Position numbers and translations under genes: made by a program. Below, piece by piece: positions 63,624 through 64,000 of a DNA stretch of 64,000 nt (position 1 is the stretch's first letter; every line of letters starts with the position of its first letter). Source of the DNA: an uncultured Acidobacteriota bacterium (GTDB lineage Bacteria > Acidobacteriota > UBA6911 > RPQK01 > JAPXNP01); NCBI GenBank assembly GCA_963777605.1, contig CAVZRV010000030.1, positions 256,001 through 320,000 of the forward strand, written 5' to 3'. The notes below the pieces were generated by a model. That model was not told where the DNA came from. It was given only the letters and a program-made list of their open reading frames with translations, and ran no database searches.

Positions 63624-64000
63624 GTGGCTCAGTACAAAATTGCATGGCTGCCGGGTGACGGAGTTGGAATTGACGTGATGGAGGCGGCTCGGATCGTCCT
63701 CGATCGAATCGAGCTCGATGCCGACTACATCCACGGTGATATCGGTTGGGAATACTGGTGCGCTGAGGGGGACTCGCTTCCCGAGCGGACGATCGATCTT
63801 CTCGGACGGGTAGATGCTGCCCTTTTCGGGGCGATCACTTCGAAGCCCGCCTGGGCGGCTGAGAGTGAGCTGAACCCGGAGCTCCGGGGTACCGGGTTGC
63901 TTTACCGATCTCCGATTGTCCGGATGCGGCAATTGTTCGATCTCTATATCTGCTTTCGACCTTGCCGGGCCTATCCCGGGAACCCGCTGAACTTCCGTGA
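63624..64000 (+). CDS. Isocitrate/isopropylmalate dehydrogenase family protein, 3' partial
   Basis: GGAGG RBS, then GTG MAQYKIAWLPGDGVG...FGAITSKP...YRSPIVRMRQLFDLYICFRP. Confidence 0.9.
   Translation, partial: MAQYKIAWLPGDGVGIDVMEAARIVLDRIELDADYIHGDIGWEYWCAEGDSLPERTIDLLGRVDAALFGAITSKPAWAAESELNPELRGTGLLYRSPIVRMRQLFDLYICFRPCRAYPGNPLNFR

Noticed and set aside
63364-63624. 86-aa ORF upstream of the dehydrogenase
   Set aside because: No recognisable motif; it overlaps the likely promoter region between divergent genes.

Overview
GC-rich (roughly 60% by eye) bacterial chromosomal segment. The gene content (GWxTD protein, Oar-type TonB-dependent receptors with N-terminal carboxypeptidase-regulatory-like domains, ASPIC/UnbV FG-GAP protein, TPR protein, Tat-exported Gfo/Idh/MocA and NIPSNAP proteins) points to Acidobacteriota; this is inference. 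About 50 CDSs are present, mostly housekeeping and sugar metabolism: class II photolyase, hpt, glgA/glgM-type, hslR, GH127, two phosphohexomutases, galM, zwf, tal, xylonate dehydratase, manC, ppsR, dapF, mdh, murQ, two ECF sigma/anti-sigma pairs, an aRF1-like protein and a USP. I saw no rRNA, tRNA, CRISPR array, integrase or transposase. Several genes carry single-base frameshifts that look like long-read consensus errors. Most notable observations: (1) a secreted-type leader ORF ending in an RSPP (RAPP-like) motif directly upstream of a ZnuD-like TonB receptor, a candidate metal-sensing ribosome-arrest regulator; (2) a tiny CTAG-flanked MITE present twice, one copy inserted into codons 4-5 of an epimerase gene and supplying a replacement start codon; (3) a mosaic family of intergenic palindromic repeats whose ends overlap gene starts and stops; (4) a PD-(D/E)xK-like protein translationally coupled to hpt; (5) a DapF with both catalytic Cys replaced by Ser; (6) tandem duplicated TonB receptors behind a sigma-54 promoter. 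All family calls come from motif recognition by eye, not database searches.
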